NCBI GenBank assembly: GCA_963725865.1
Contig: CAVSAC010000014.1
Span: 32,001 to 96,000, forward strand
DNA length: 64,000 nucleotides
Source: Candidatus Eiseniibacteriota bacterium
Lineage (GTDB): Bacteria; Eisenbacteria; RBG-16-71-46
Direction of reading: 5' to 3'
The translations under genes were made by a program, and so were the position numbers. The notes below the pieces were generated by a model, which was not told where the DNA came from, did no database searches, and saw only the letters and a list, made by a program, of their open reading frames with translations. Below, piece by piece: positions 11,859-22,565 of the stretch (its first letter is position 1; each line of letters begins with the position of its first letter).

Positions 11859-11968
11859 CGTACGTCGCCGCGATTCGGTTTCTGAACCTGATTCGTGTCC
11901 GCGGCCGGACGGGGGGTCGGTCGGATCGAGACTCCCTGAAGTCCAGGGCTGAAGAGTGAGTGGGTGCC

Positions 11969-12400
11969 ATGCTCGATGAGCCCGTCAAGAGCGTCATGCA
12001 GCGCGGGAAAGTACTCAAAGCCTCCCCGGCGACCTCCGTCAGCGAAGCCGCCGTGCTCATGGCAAAGAAGAACGTCGGCGCAGTCATGGTCATCGAGAAC
12101 GAGTGCCTCGTCGGCATCTTCACCGAACGCGACGCGGTGTTTCGCGTCATGGCGCGCGGGCTGGACGCCCGGACGACGCAGCTCGCCGACGTGATGACCT
12201 CCGCACCGCATACGATCGAACCGAACAAGCCCTTCGGATACGCGTTGACGATAATGTACGAGAACGGCTTTCGCCACCTGCCCGTCATCGAGAACGGCAA
12301 GCCCATCGGAATCGTCTCCGCTCGCAGCGCGATGGATCCGGACCTCGAGGATTTCGTGTCCGAGGCGCGGCGGCGAACCTATTATCGGAAAGGACGATAG
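11969..12400 (+). CDS. CBS-domain pair protein
   Basis: SVSEAAVLM..KNVGAVMV...LVGIFTERD and FRHLPVIENGKPIGIVS. Confidence 0.85.
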   Translation: MLDEPVKSVMQRGKVLKASPATSVSEAAVLMAKKNVGAVMVIENECLVGIFTERDAVFRVMARGLDARTTQLADVMTSAPHTIEPNKPFGYALTIMYENGFRHLPVIENGKPIGIVSARSAMDPDLEDFVSEARRRTYYRKGR

Positions 12401-12404
12401 GCCC

Positions 12405-13007
12405 ATGGCCGAAGCGACCCCGAAGCAATCCGCTGTGAGCCGGCTGCGCGACTTTCTCTTCCGGCCGTCGAGCCTGTCGCTCGTCTCCGTCGTGGCGATC
12501 GGAATGATTTCGGGCCTCATATTCTGGGGCGGATTCAACACGGGGATGGAGGCTACGAACCAGCTCGGGTTCTGCACGTCGTGCCACGAGATGCGCGACA
12601 CGGTGTTCCAGGAGTACAAGGAAACCATCCACTACAGGAACCGCTCGGGTGTGCGCGCGATCTGTTCCGACTGTCACGTGTCCAAGGATTGGGTGCACAA
12701 GTTCGTGCGCAAGATCCAGGCGAGCCAGGAGCTCTACGGAAAATTCGTGACGGGATCGATTGCGACACCAGAGAAGTTCGAGGCGAAGCGCATGGAGTTG
12801 GCGCAACACGTCTGGGCGACGATGAAGGCCAACGACTCGCACGAATGCCGCAACTGCCACTCCTGGGAAGCCATGGATCCGCACAAGCAGTCGCCGCGGG
12901 CCAGCGCCAAGATGGAGAAGGCGCAGAAGGAAGGCAAGACGTGCATCGACTGCCACAAGGGCATCGCGCATCTGCTGCCGAAGGAATACAACGAGGACGA
13001 GGAGTGA
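12405..13007 (+). CDS. NapC/NirT-family membrane-anchored tetraheme quinol dehydrogenase (CymA/ImoA role inferred)
   Basis: N-terminal TM helix with FWGGFNT; CTSCHEM, CSDCH, CRNCH, CIDCHKGIAH. Confidence 0.9.
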   Translation: MAEATPKQSAVSRLRDFLFRPSSLSLVSVVAIGMISGLIFWGGFNTGMEATNQLGFCTSCHEMRDTVFQEYKETIHYRNRSGVRAICSDCHVSKDWVHKFVRKIQASQELYGKFVTGSIATPEKFEAKRMELAQHVWATMKANDSHECRNCHSWEAMDPHKQSPRASAKMEKAQKEGKTCIDCHKGIAHLLPKEYNEDEE

Positions 13008-13046
13008 CATGCGGCGGGCCGCGGATTCGATCAGCGGGAGAAGGTG

Positions 13047-13181
13047 ATGTCAACGTTCATCTGGACCACGTTCGCCGTGGGTACGATGGTGGGAATATTC
13101 GCGGCGTGCGTAATCGTCGTTGCCGTGGGCGTGCGGGTGCTGGAAGGTGCGCTCGCCAAGCGGCGCAGGGGACGGGCGTGA
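13047..13181 (+). CDS. Small (44 aa) single-pass membrane protein
   Basis: GGAGAAGG RBS; MSTFIWTTFAVGTMVGIFAACVIVVAVGVRVLEGALAKRRRGRA* is a hydrophobic stretch plus a basic tail; fills the gap inside the operon. Confidence 0.55.
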   Translation: MSTFIWTTFAVGTMVGIFAACVIVVAVGVRVLEGALAKRRRGRA

Positions 13182-13238
13182 GGCCTGCGCCGGCGCCGCC
13201 GCGCTTGGCCACGTCACTCTGTATCTATTGAGGCCATC

Positions 13239-13880
13239 GTGAACCGGGGCTCGCGATCCTGCCGCATCGTTCCGATCGGAGTGCTGGCGCTGATCGCCGG
13301 GATCCTTATGTTTCCCCCCGAGGCCGCGGCGCTCGACGTGATCGCGGCGCAGACGCTCGCGCGCCAGAGCCGGTGCCTCGAATGTCATACGGTCTACCAG
13401 AAGAAGATCGGGCCGGCGTGGAAGGACGTTGCGAGCAAGTACCACGGCGAGCCCGACGCCGAACAGCGGCTCTACAAGCACATCACGACCGGCCGCAAGG
13501 CGAAGTTCGACGACGGTCACCAGGAAGATCACCCGATCGTCAAGACGAGCGATGCGAGCCGGATCAGGAATCTCGTGGACTGGATACTGGCGCTCCCGGT
13601 CGCCGCTCCGGTCGACGTCGAGGCGGCGGAGACGCTCGCCGGCCAGAGCGGCTGCCTCAAATGCCACGGGGTCGGCGTGAAGAGGGTGGGCCCGGCGTGG
13701 AAGGACGTCGCGATCAAGTACTTGGGTAGCCTCGGGGCAGAGGACAAGCTTTACAAGCACGTCACGACCGGGCGCAAGGCCAAATTCGACGATGGCCACG
13801 AAGAAAATCATCCGATCGTCAAGACCCGCGACCCCGATCGGATCAACAACCTCGTGAACTGGATACTGTCGCTCAGGTAG
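13239..13880 (+). CDS. Diheme cytochrome c built from two tandem MtoD-like domains
   Basis: Signal peptide, CLECH and CLKCH; both halves contain TTGRKAKFDDGH.E.HPIVKT and NLV.WIL.L; repeat period 279 bp. Confidence 0.85.
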   Translation: MNRGSRSCRIVPIGVLALIAGILMFPPEAAALDVIAAQTLARQSRCLECHTVYQKKIGPAWKDVASKYHGEPDAEQRLYKHITTGRKAKFDDGHQEDHPIVKTSDASRIRNLVDWILALPVAAPVDVEAAETLAGQSGCLKCHGVGVKRVGPAWKDVAIKYLGSLGAEDKLYKHVTTGRKAKFDDGHEENHPIVKTRDPDRINNLVNWILSLR

Positions 13881-14072
13881 TCGCGCGACGCGGCGCTCGG
13901 TAGGACGGACGATGGGCGAATCAGCTGCATGCCCGGCGCCGCGAGCGGGGTACAACCCCCCCGGCCGGGCCGCCCGCAGCCTTGGCCGGCGGTCGGCACC
14001 CGCCGGCCTCTCCCCCCGGGGGCGGGGTTTGTTGGCTTTTTCCAACACGAGTTCCCCGGCAATTCAATTACC

Positions 14073-14109
14073 TTGACCTGGATCAGACCGGCGGCCTGAC
14101 GACGGTCAG
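14073..14109. promoter_or_regulatory. Two FNR-like boxes upstream of the first decaheme cytochrome
   Basis: TTGAC-ctgg-ATCAG (14073-14086) and CTGAC-gacg-GTCAG (14096-14109). Confidence 0.55.
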
Positions 14110-14251
14110 AAACTCGCCCTTATTTTCCGAAATACCCCCATTGCGCAGCAGGATTCTGGTGGCCGCGCTGCATGGGACGGCACATCGGCGAAATCGCCGC
14201 TTCGAAAGAAGGCCCCCGAAGGTTTCGGGCCGGGCGGGGAAGTTCCCCCGC

Positions 14252-14266
14252 GCGACGAAATGTCGC
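14252..14266. promoter_or_regulatory. RegA/RegR-type binding site
   Basis: GCGAC-gaaat-GTCGC palindrome about 70 bp upstream of the start codon. Confidence 0.6.
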
Positions 14267-14333
14267 AGCAGGGCGGACACGCAGGGCAACTACCATGGGT
14301 GCGGCATAAGCAGCAAAACAAAGGAGAGTGGAC

Positions 14334-15368
14334 ATGCGATTGAATTCGGCTAAGGCAGGCTGGTGGCTCGCCCTCCTGACCGCCTCGATGTTCGCCGGCC
14401 ACGCGCTGGCTCAGACCAAGTCCGCCAGCGCTGGCCCGGTCGCGCCGGTGTGCGCGAACTGCCACGAGGCGCAGTGGAACGCGATCGACCTCTCGGCGCA
14501 CGGCGCGAAGAACGACGCCAACGGCAGCATGTGCCAGAACTGTCACGGCGACGCCACGGAGCACCTCAAGGATCCGATGAAGGCGAAGCCGCCCAACCCG
14601 TTCGGCAAGGGCCACACGGCCAACGAGCGGACGACGGTCTGCCTCACCTGCCACTCGGGCAACCGCAATCTCGCGTTCTGGAGCTCGGGCAAGCACCAGC
14701 TGAACGAAGTGACGTGCGCCAACTGCCACAGCATCCACGGGCAAAAGCTGCTCCCGAGCTACAACGGGCTCAATCCGCCGGACAAGTCGCCGACGATCAA
14801 CAAGTTCACGACGACGTTCCTGCCCAACCAGGCGGAGATCTGCTGGCAGTGCCACCAGCCGATCCGCGCGGCGAACTTCAAGCCGTCGCATCACCCGATC
14901 ATCGAAGGCAAGGTCAAGTGCTCCGACTGCCACAACCCGCACGGCGCGATCACGCCGGCGATGCTGAAGCAGCCGACGATCAACGACCAGTGCTACTCGT
15001 GCCACGCCGACAAGCGCGGTCCGTACGTGTTCAACCACCCGCCGGTCGAGGAGAACTGCGTGACCTGCCACAACCCGCACGGCTCGGTCCACGCGAGGCT
15101 CCTGAACGAGTCCGCGCCGAACCTGTGCCAGGACTGCCACGACGGGTCGCGGCACCCCGGCACGGTCTACGGCGCCGCCGGCGCCTTCAACTGCCAGCCG
15201 GGCGACACGTCCGCGACGAGCGGGACGCTGAGCTGCCCGCCGAGCAGGACCGGACAGCCCAATCCGGGCGTGAACAACCGCCTCGTGACCCGCGCGTGCA
15301 ACAACTGCCACACCGCGATCCACGGCTCGAACGCGCCGGGTAACCGTGGCAAGTTCTTCACGCGATAA
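14334..15368 (+). CDS. DmsE/MtrA/MtoA/PioA-family decaheme cytochrome c (copy 1)
   Basis: AAGGAG RBS, signal peptide, 10 CxxCH motifs, SHHPIIEGKVKCSDCHNPHG, HPPVEENC, IHGSNAP..GKFFTR. Confidence 0.93.
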   Translation: MRLNSAKAGWWLALLTASMFAGHALAQTKSASAGPVAPVCANCHEAQWNAIDLSAHGAKNDANGSMCQNCHGDATEHLKDPMKAKPPNPFGKGHTANERTTVCLTCHSGNRNLAFWSSGKHQLNEVTCANCHSIHGQKLLPSYNGLNPPDKSPTINKFTTTFLPNQAEICWQCHQPIRAANFKPSHHPIIEGKVKCSDCHNPHGAITPAMLKQPTINDQCYSCHADKRGPYVFNHPPVEENCVTCHNPHGSVHARLLNESAPNLCQDCHDGSRHPGTVYGAAGAFNCQPGDTSATSGTLSCPPSRTGQPNPGVNNRLVTRACNNCHTAIHGSNAPGNRGKFFTR

Positions 15369-15380
15369 GGGGAGACCAAA

Positions 15381-18212
15381 ATGAGCAAGAAGCTGCTTTC
15401 CGCCCTCATCGCCAGCCTGTTCGCCGCCGCGCCCGCGTTCGGCCAGAGCGCTGACGACCCGATGCGCGTCCAGGGCACCGCCACCCTCGGCGGCATCCAC
15501 AACAACACGAGCGCGACCGACAACGCGCAGCTCGAGCTGTACCAGGACCTCGGCAACGGCGTGATGTCGAACGTCGGCGTCCAGGGGCGCAACAGCACGA
15601 CGTGGTTCCAGGGCTACGGCGAGAACTTCGGCCGCGGCGACCAGTACATGTTCCTGCGCGGCGGCATGTACGACGTGTTCAAGTCGGGGGTGTACCTCAA
15701 CGACATCCCGCGCACGTTCTCGTCGTCCGCCTACACGCCTTTCGTCGGCAGCGGGACCAACCTGCTGACGGCGACATTCCCGCTGGCCGCGCTGCCGACG
15801 AACCCGCCGACGGGCAGCAGCTGGAACTTCTTCCGGCTGGGCTACGACCGCCGCGACGTGGGCGGCTACGCGGAGTGGCAGAAGAACAGCCCGTGGTACT
15901 TCCGGGCCGACGCCAACCAGGTCAAGTTCAGCGGCACCCGGCCCGGCTCCGGCGCCAACGGCACGAGCCCGGGCAACGGCTACACCGACCTCGCGATCCC
16001 GCAGGACTTTACGACGAACAACTGGGGCGTCGAGGGCGGCTACCAGTCGGGCAAGATGACGTTCTCGGTGCGCTGGGACTACAGCCAGTTCGAGAACGGG
16101 AACGAGACCCTGAAGTGGACCAACCCGTTCTTCGTCGGCCCGAGCGTCGGCGGGGTCGCGACGCCCAGCAACCTGCTCGACACGACGTACCTCGCGCCGG
16201 GCAACACGTTCAACAAGTTCACGCTCTCCGGCAACTACCGCGACCTGCCGTGGCAGTCGGTGGTTTCGGCGCGCTACACGTGGGCGAAGACGACGAGCGA
16301 CACGCCGCTCGCGCCTGACGGCGCTCAACACCAACGGCGTCTACGCCAACACGCTGCCGGACGAGACCAACTTCAACGGCGAGAACATCAACCAGTCGTT
16401 CCAGCTGGCGTGGACCGCGATGCCGGCGGCGAATTGGAACACGCGCGCCTACTACTACTGGACGAAGCTCGACAACAAGTCGGACCTGGTCGAGTTCGGC
16501 AACGCGCCGGCGACGCCGCTCGCGTCGGGCCTGGGCTGCGGCAACCTCGTCGTGGCCGGCATACCGACGCAGACGGTCGGCAACTGCGACAACGAGCTCT
16601 ACAACTACACGAAGAACAACGCCGGCTTCGACGCGTGGTGGAAGTTCGCGCCCGGCAACCGGCTGGGCTTCGGCTACGACTACCTCAACATCGACCAGAC
16701 GCGCGTCGACTACGACAAGTCGCACACGAACAAGCTGTGGGCCGAGTACAAGAACACGATGTTCGACACGGTGTCCGGCCGGCTCAAGTACCAGTACCTG
16801 AAGCGCGACTCGACGCTCAACTTCAGCAACGATCCGCTTCCCAACGGCGGCGCGAACAACCCGAACTACCTGCTGCCGTACACGTCCGCGTTCGACCTGC
16901 AGAGCAACACCACGAACCTGGTGAAGCTGACCCTCGACTGGACCCCGATGATGAACGTCGGCCTGTCGTTCGAGGGCAACTGGGCCAAGGTCGATTTCGA
17001 CGACGTGACCTACGGCCGCACCGAGTCCGACCGGCAGGGCTACTTCCTGAGCGGCTACTGGAACGCGTCCGGCAGCGTGAAGCTGAACGCCTTCGGCAGC
17101 TGGGAGCAGGCGAAGTATCCGTCGAACCATCGCTACATCGGCACGGTTGGCGGCGCGGCACGGCCCGAACAACCCGCCGTCCGGCTACTGCACGACCACC
17201 AACCCGAACTGCTACGACCCGTTCGCCGCGCCGGTCGCCAACAGCTCCTACAACTGGAGCTCGCAGACCAAGGACAAGACGTGGATGTTCGGGGTCGGCG
17301 CCGACTGGCAGGCGATGGACGCGCTCAAGCTGACGGGTTCGTACCTGTACATCAACGAACGAGGGCACCGCGACGTTCGGCGTGCAGAACAACATCGCGA
17401 TCTCGCCGACGCCGCTTCCGATCGACAACTTCGACAACAGCAAGCAGCAGTACATCAACCTGAAGGGCATCTGGAGCCTCAACCGGAACTGGTCGTTCAC
17501 CGGCGGCTACTCGTACCTGAAGTACACCCACAACGACATCGCCACCGACGGATACCAGTACGCGCTGCCGATCGTCACGAACAGCGGCGCCGGCGGCGTC
17601 GTCCCGAACAACCCGAAGAGCACGTCGCTCAGCTACCTGAACGGCTACGACGCGTACACGGACGGTCACTCGAACATCTTCTACCTGCACGGTGACCTAC
17701 AAGTTCGACGCGCCGCCGCTGCCGGCTGCCGCCGATGAAGGTCGCGGCAGCGCCGCCGGCGCCGGTCGTGCGGCCGGCCGCCGCCGCCCCCGCCGCCGCC
17801 CCCGCCGCCGCCGCCGCCGGCCCGCAGGTGCAGAAGATCACGCTCGACTCGAAGGTGCTGTTCGACTTCGACAAGGCGGATCTGAAGCCCGAAGGGAAGG
17901 CGGCGATCGACAGCCAGGTCGTCGGCAAGCTCGGCGCAGATCCAGAAGCTCGAAGTCGTCCTGGTGACGGGTCACACCGACCGCCTCGGCTCGGACGCCT
18001 ACAACCAGAAGCTGTCGCAGCGTCGCGCGCGACGCGGTGCGCGACTATCTCGTCAGCAAGGGCGTGGACAAGGACGAAGATCGAGACGATCGGGATGGGC
18101 GAGAAGCAGCCGGTCGTGCAGTGCGATCAGAAGAACCATGAAGGCGCTGATCGAGTGCCTGCAGCCCAACCGCCGCGTGGACGTGCAGGTCAAGGGCGAG
18201 TCGACGAAGTAG
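15381..18212 (+). CDS. MtrB/PioB/MtoB-family outer-membrane beta-barrel with a proline-rich linker and C-terminal OmpA-like domain (copy 1; several indels)
   Basis: Signal peptide, aromatic/Asn-rich amphipathic strands, directly downstream of the decaheme gene; ..VTYKF-DAPPLP..P-rich..QVQKITLDSKVLFDFDKA..GHTDRLGSDAYNQKLS..NRRVDV. Confidence 0.85.
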
Positions 18213-18235
18213 TCACCTCGCAGGCATGCCTCGAG

Positions 18236-18260
18236 AGCCCCGCCTCGCGCGGGGCTTTTT
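18236..18260 (+). terminator. Rho-independent terminator
   Basis: AGCCCCGC-ctcgc-GCGGGGCT followed by a T run. Confidence 0.8.
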
Positions 18261-18375
18261 CTTGGGTGGCCGATGCCGGACGGCGACGTTCGCGACGTCG
18301 CGATGCCGATGCGCCGATTCGGCGCGGGAACGCACGGCCTCGATCGACGCGGGAAGGCACGGCCGTGATTTGCCC

Positions 18376-18390
18376 GCGACATTCGGTCGC
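18376..18390. promoter_or_regulatory. RegA/RegR-type binding site
   Basis: GCGAC-attcg-GTCGC palindrome upstream of decaheme copy 2. Confidence 0.6.
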
Positions 18391-18482
18391 GTTCCCGATG
18401 CGGAGGGTGTGTAACAGAAAGGATTCCACGGTGTGCGGAATCCACAACACGCCATCGCCGAATCGCGATTTGCCCGGATTGA

Positions 18483-18496
18483 TTGACGTCCGTCAA
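18483..18496. promoter_or_regulatory. FNR/CRP-family box
   Basis: TTGAC-gtcc-GTCAA. Confidence 0.7.
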
Positions 18497-18708
18497 ATTG
18501 CCGATCGGCCTCCGGGAGCGCAATGGGAACCATAGGGCGAGTGCAATGCCGCGCGCGCATCCCGCGGTCGACGCGCAGCAGGAACTGCTTCGGGGCAGTG
18601 CGGCGCCCGTCACCAGTGCAGGGCCTCTGCGTCGGCAGCAAAACGAAGTTGCCGTTCCGGAATCCGGTCTTCGAATCCTGCATCAACTCCCAACGGAAGA
18701 GGTGGTCC

Positions 18709-19678
18709 ATGCTATCCAAGAACCTCAAGGTCGCAGGCTGGCTGATGGCCGCGCTCGCAGCGTTCCTCGCGCTGCCTGCCGTTGCGCAGGGGCAGAAGGC
18801 CGCGGCTGGCCGTGCCGGTCTGCGTCAACTGCCACGAGAGGCAAACTGCGTCGATCCTGCTGACCGCGCACGGGGCGCAGAACGACGCGAACGGTAGCGC
18901 GTGCCAGAGCCTGCCACGGCGACGCGACGCTCGCACCTGAAGGACCCGTCCAAGGTCAAGCCCGACGAGCGCGCTCGACGTCCAAGACCGCCGACCGCGG
19001 CCGAAAAGTCGGCGGTGTGCCTCAACTGCCACGGCGGCCAGCGGGCAGCTCGAGCACTGGTCCGATCGCCAAGCACCGCAAGGTCGACGTGACGTGCGTC
19101 GAACTGCCACTCGATCCACGGCACGCAGTCGGCGAGCAACAACAAGGAGATCAGGGGTGCGCAGTTCGCGGCCGCGCCGTACACGACGACCGTGCGCCAG
19201 CTCGTCTACAAGCGGTGCATCGAGTGCCACCGCGACGTCCGCGGCGAGATACTCAAGCCCTCGCACCACCCGATCATCGAAGGCAAGGTCTTCTGCCAGG
19301 ACTGCCACGACCCGCACGGTTCGCTGCAGAAGGCGAGCCTGACGAACGAGTCCGTCAGCGACCTGTGCCTCACCTGCCACACCGACAAGCGCGGTCCGTG
19401 GATCCACGAGCATCCCCCGGTCGAGGAGAACTGCGCGATCTGCCACACGCCGCACGGCTCGTCGCACAAGGGCGCTGCTTGCGCAGAAGCCGCCGGCGCT
19501 GTGCGCCGACTGCCACGCGAACGGCCACACGCACGGCATCTACGACGGACGCGGGACGCTGCCCGGGGTGCTGCCGTCGAACATCCGCTTCGAAAGCAGC
19601 GGCTGCGTCAATTGCCATCGGCAGATCCACGGCAGCAACGCGCCGTCATCCGCCTACGGCGAATTCTTCCTCCGCTGA
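18709..19678 (+). CDS. DmsE/MtrA/MtoA-family decaheme cytochrome c (copy 2; several indels)
   Basis: Reading across frames gives 10 CxxCH motifs (CVNCH, CQSCH, CLNCH, C.NCH, CIECH, CQDCH, CLTCH, CAICH, CADCH, CVNCH); SHHPIIEGKV, HPPVEENC, IHGSNAP..GEFFLR*. Confidence 0.88.
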
Positions 19679-19693
19679 GACCAGGGGACGATC

Positions 19694-22542
19694 ATGAGAG
19701 TCAAACTTATTGCCTTAGTCGTGGCCGGCCTGTTCGCGCAGAGCGCGCAAGCCGACGATAACTTCCTGTGGGGCGGATCCATCGACGTCGGCGGACGCGG
19801 CACGAACGTCGACGGTGCCAACCGCAACGGCGCGTACGGCAACACCGCCCCGCTGTCGACCACCAACCCGCTGACGCCGTTCACCGGCCCGGTCGACGAC
19901 GCGAAGGCGAAGGAGTACCAGGACATCGACAGCGCCGCCGATCGGCGTGTTCGACATCCGTGGCGGCAGCAAGCGCGTACTACCTGCGTGCGTTCGGCGA
20001 GGAGTTGGGACGCGACGACCAGTTCATCAACATCGTCGGCGGCGGCTACGAAGCCTGGAAGGCCTCGGTCTACAGCAACAACATCCCGCACAACTACTCG
20101 TTCAACGCTCTGTCGCCCCTGAGCAACGCGAACGGCGGCCTGCTGCAGGTCGGCCCCGGCCTCCCCTATCCGCCGGCCCAGAACCCGGCACTGTGGAACA
20201 CGTTCCAGTACGGCACCCAGCGCAACACAGTGGGCGGCAACCTCGAGCTCTCGCTCAAGTCGCCGTGGTTCATCCGCGCCGACTACAACGAGGTGCAGAC
20301 GGGCGGCGTCAAGCCGGGGTCCGCTCAGCTCGGGACGGGCTCGGGCAATGGCCTGATCGAGCTCGGCGTGCCGGTCGACTACAAGACGAAGAATGCGCTC
20401 GTCGAGGGCGGCTACAACAGCAAGCAGTACGGGTTCAAGCTCTCCTACATCGACTCGAAGTTCACCAACGGCAACGATTCGATGCAGTGGACGAACTTCT
20501 ACATGCGCAGCGGGCTGGACGCTTCGCTGCTGCCGCCGGACAACGAACTCAAGAAGTGGAACATCAGCGGGTACATCAAGCAGCTGCCGTGGGACTCGGC
20601 GATCATCGCGCGCTTCACGCAGAGCAAGCAGACGAGCAACGTGGGCCTCACGGACCCGCTCTGGACGTCGAGCCTCAAGCCGACGGGCAATACCCCCACC
20701 GGCCAGGCGATCCCGCCCGGCGTGGGTTACCTGCTGACGCAGCCGTTTGACTCCGCGACGAACCAGAACCTGACGAACTTCAACGGCGAGATCAAGACGA
20801 ACACCGCCAACGTCGCGTGGAACGCGAGCCCGATGGCGCAGCTCGACACGCGGGTCTACTACGAGTACTACGACAAGCAGAACAACTCGACGATCCGTCT
20901 CGTACCGGCAGGGCAGCCAGGGCACAAGCTGCGCGACCCCGCCCGTGAACAGCGCGACGTGCTTCCAGATCCCGTCTCTGGTCGAGGAGGGCGGAGAGGC
21001 ATTCTCGTACACGAAGAACAGTGGCCGGGTTCGACGCGAAGTGGTCGTTCGACCGCGCCAACAAGCTGCTGGGCGGGTACGACTGGGAGAGCATCAAGCG
21101 CAACGACTACGAACTAAGCGGACTTGAGGTGCCCAAGTCCGACGGCAACCGCCTCTGGATCGAGTACCGCAACACCGCGTGGGAGAACCTGACCGGCCGG
21201 CTGAAGTACGACTTCCTGCAGCAGCGCTCCGACCTGATCAACACCAATCCGCCGACCAGCGTCTCGGCCTACTACACGGCCTACAACGTCAACAACTTCG
21301 ACCGCAACACGGTCAAGCTGAACGTCGACTGGACGCCGATGCCGATGCTGCTGATCGGCGTGGGCGCGACCTGGCGCGACACCGATTACAAGGACAACTT
21401 CTACGGGCGCACGAAGGACAAGAGCCAGCAGTACGACGCGACCGCGTCGTGGGGTGACGACAAGCTGCGGATCACCGCCATCGGCAACTGGGGCAAGATC
21501 GAGTACAACCAGGGGTACCGGGTGGTCGGCAGCCTCACCGCCACTCCTCCGACCTTCACCGGGGCTCTGCCGAGCGACCCGCAGAACAACGTCAATTACA
21601 ACTGGAGCACGGTCGAACACGCAGGACGGCTGGATGGGCGCCGCGCTGGTCGACTGGGCGGCGTCCGACAAGCTGATGCTGACCGCGTCGTACACCTACC
21701 AGAAGACCGGGGGCGGACTCGACTTCACGTCGGGCAATACGCAGGCCGGCGGCGGCTACCTCGGCGGCCCGCTCGTCAACTACAGCACCGACAACACGAA
21801 GCTGCAGCGGTTCCAGATCAAGGGGACCTACGACTACAACAAGAAGTGGTCGTTCAATGGCGGGTACGCGTACGAGAAGTACGACTACACCGACGGCCAG
21901 ATGGCGGGCTACGGCGAGCTACTACCCGTACTTCCAGAACCTGAACACGGCGGCCGTCGGATCGAACTACTCGTGGTTCAGCGGCGCGTTCGCCAACCCG
22001 AGCTACACGACCAACCTGTTCTGGCTGACGGTGACCTACAAGTTCGACCCGCCACCGCAGGTGTACGTCGCGCCGAGGCTCGCCGAAGCGCCGAAGCCGG
22101 TGGTTGCGCCGCCCGCCGCCGCCGCCCCCGCCCGCGCCGCCGCCTCCGCCGGCCCCGCAGGTGCAGAAGATCACGCTCGACTCGAAGGTGCTGTTCGACT
22201 TCGACAAGGCGGTCCTGACGCCCGAAGGGAAGGCGGCGATCGACAGCCAGGTCGTGACCAAGCTCGCGCAGGTCCAGAAGCTCGAGGTCGTCATCGTGAC
22301 GGGGCACACCGATCGCCTGGGCACGGACGCCTACAACCAGAAGCTGTCGGACGAACGGGCGGCGGCGGTGGGCGAGCTATCTCGCCAGCAAGGGTGTGGA
22401 CAAGGCGAAGATCCAGACCATCGGGATGGGCGAGAAGCAGCCGGTCGTGCAGTGCAATCAGAAGAACCAGAAGGAACTGATCGCGTGCCTGCAGCCCAAT
22501 CGCCGGGTGGACGTGGAGGTCAGGGGCGAAGTCAGGAAGTAA
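19694..22542 (+). CDS. MtrB/PioB/MtoB-family porin with a proline-rich linker and C-terminal OmpA-like domain (copy 2; several indels)
   Basis: MRVKLIALVVAGLFAQSAQA signal; LLPPDNE and barrel strands; NLFWLTVTYKFDPPPQVYVAPRLAEAPKPVVAPP in a single frame; then LDSKVLFDFDKA, GHTDRLGTDAYNQKLS, NRRVDV. Confidence 0.87.
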
Positions 22543-22565
22543 TCGCCTCGCAGCCGCAGCACGAG

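Noticed and set aside
12405..13007. Periplasmic nitrate reductase (nap) or nitrite reductase (nir) operon
   Set aside because: No napAB or nirS in the window; the context is a porin-cytochrome cluster
17735..18212. Independent ompA gene starting at ATG 17735
   Set aside because: No signal peptide or clear RBS, and the paralogous copy reads from barrel into linker in one frame; treated as part of the porin pending resequencing
18500..18708. Structured ncRNA or riboswitch in the long leader of decaheme copy 2
   Set aside because: Only small GC-rich hairpins with no recognisable family; cannot be supported without covariance analysis
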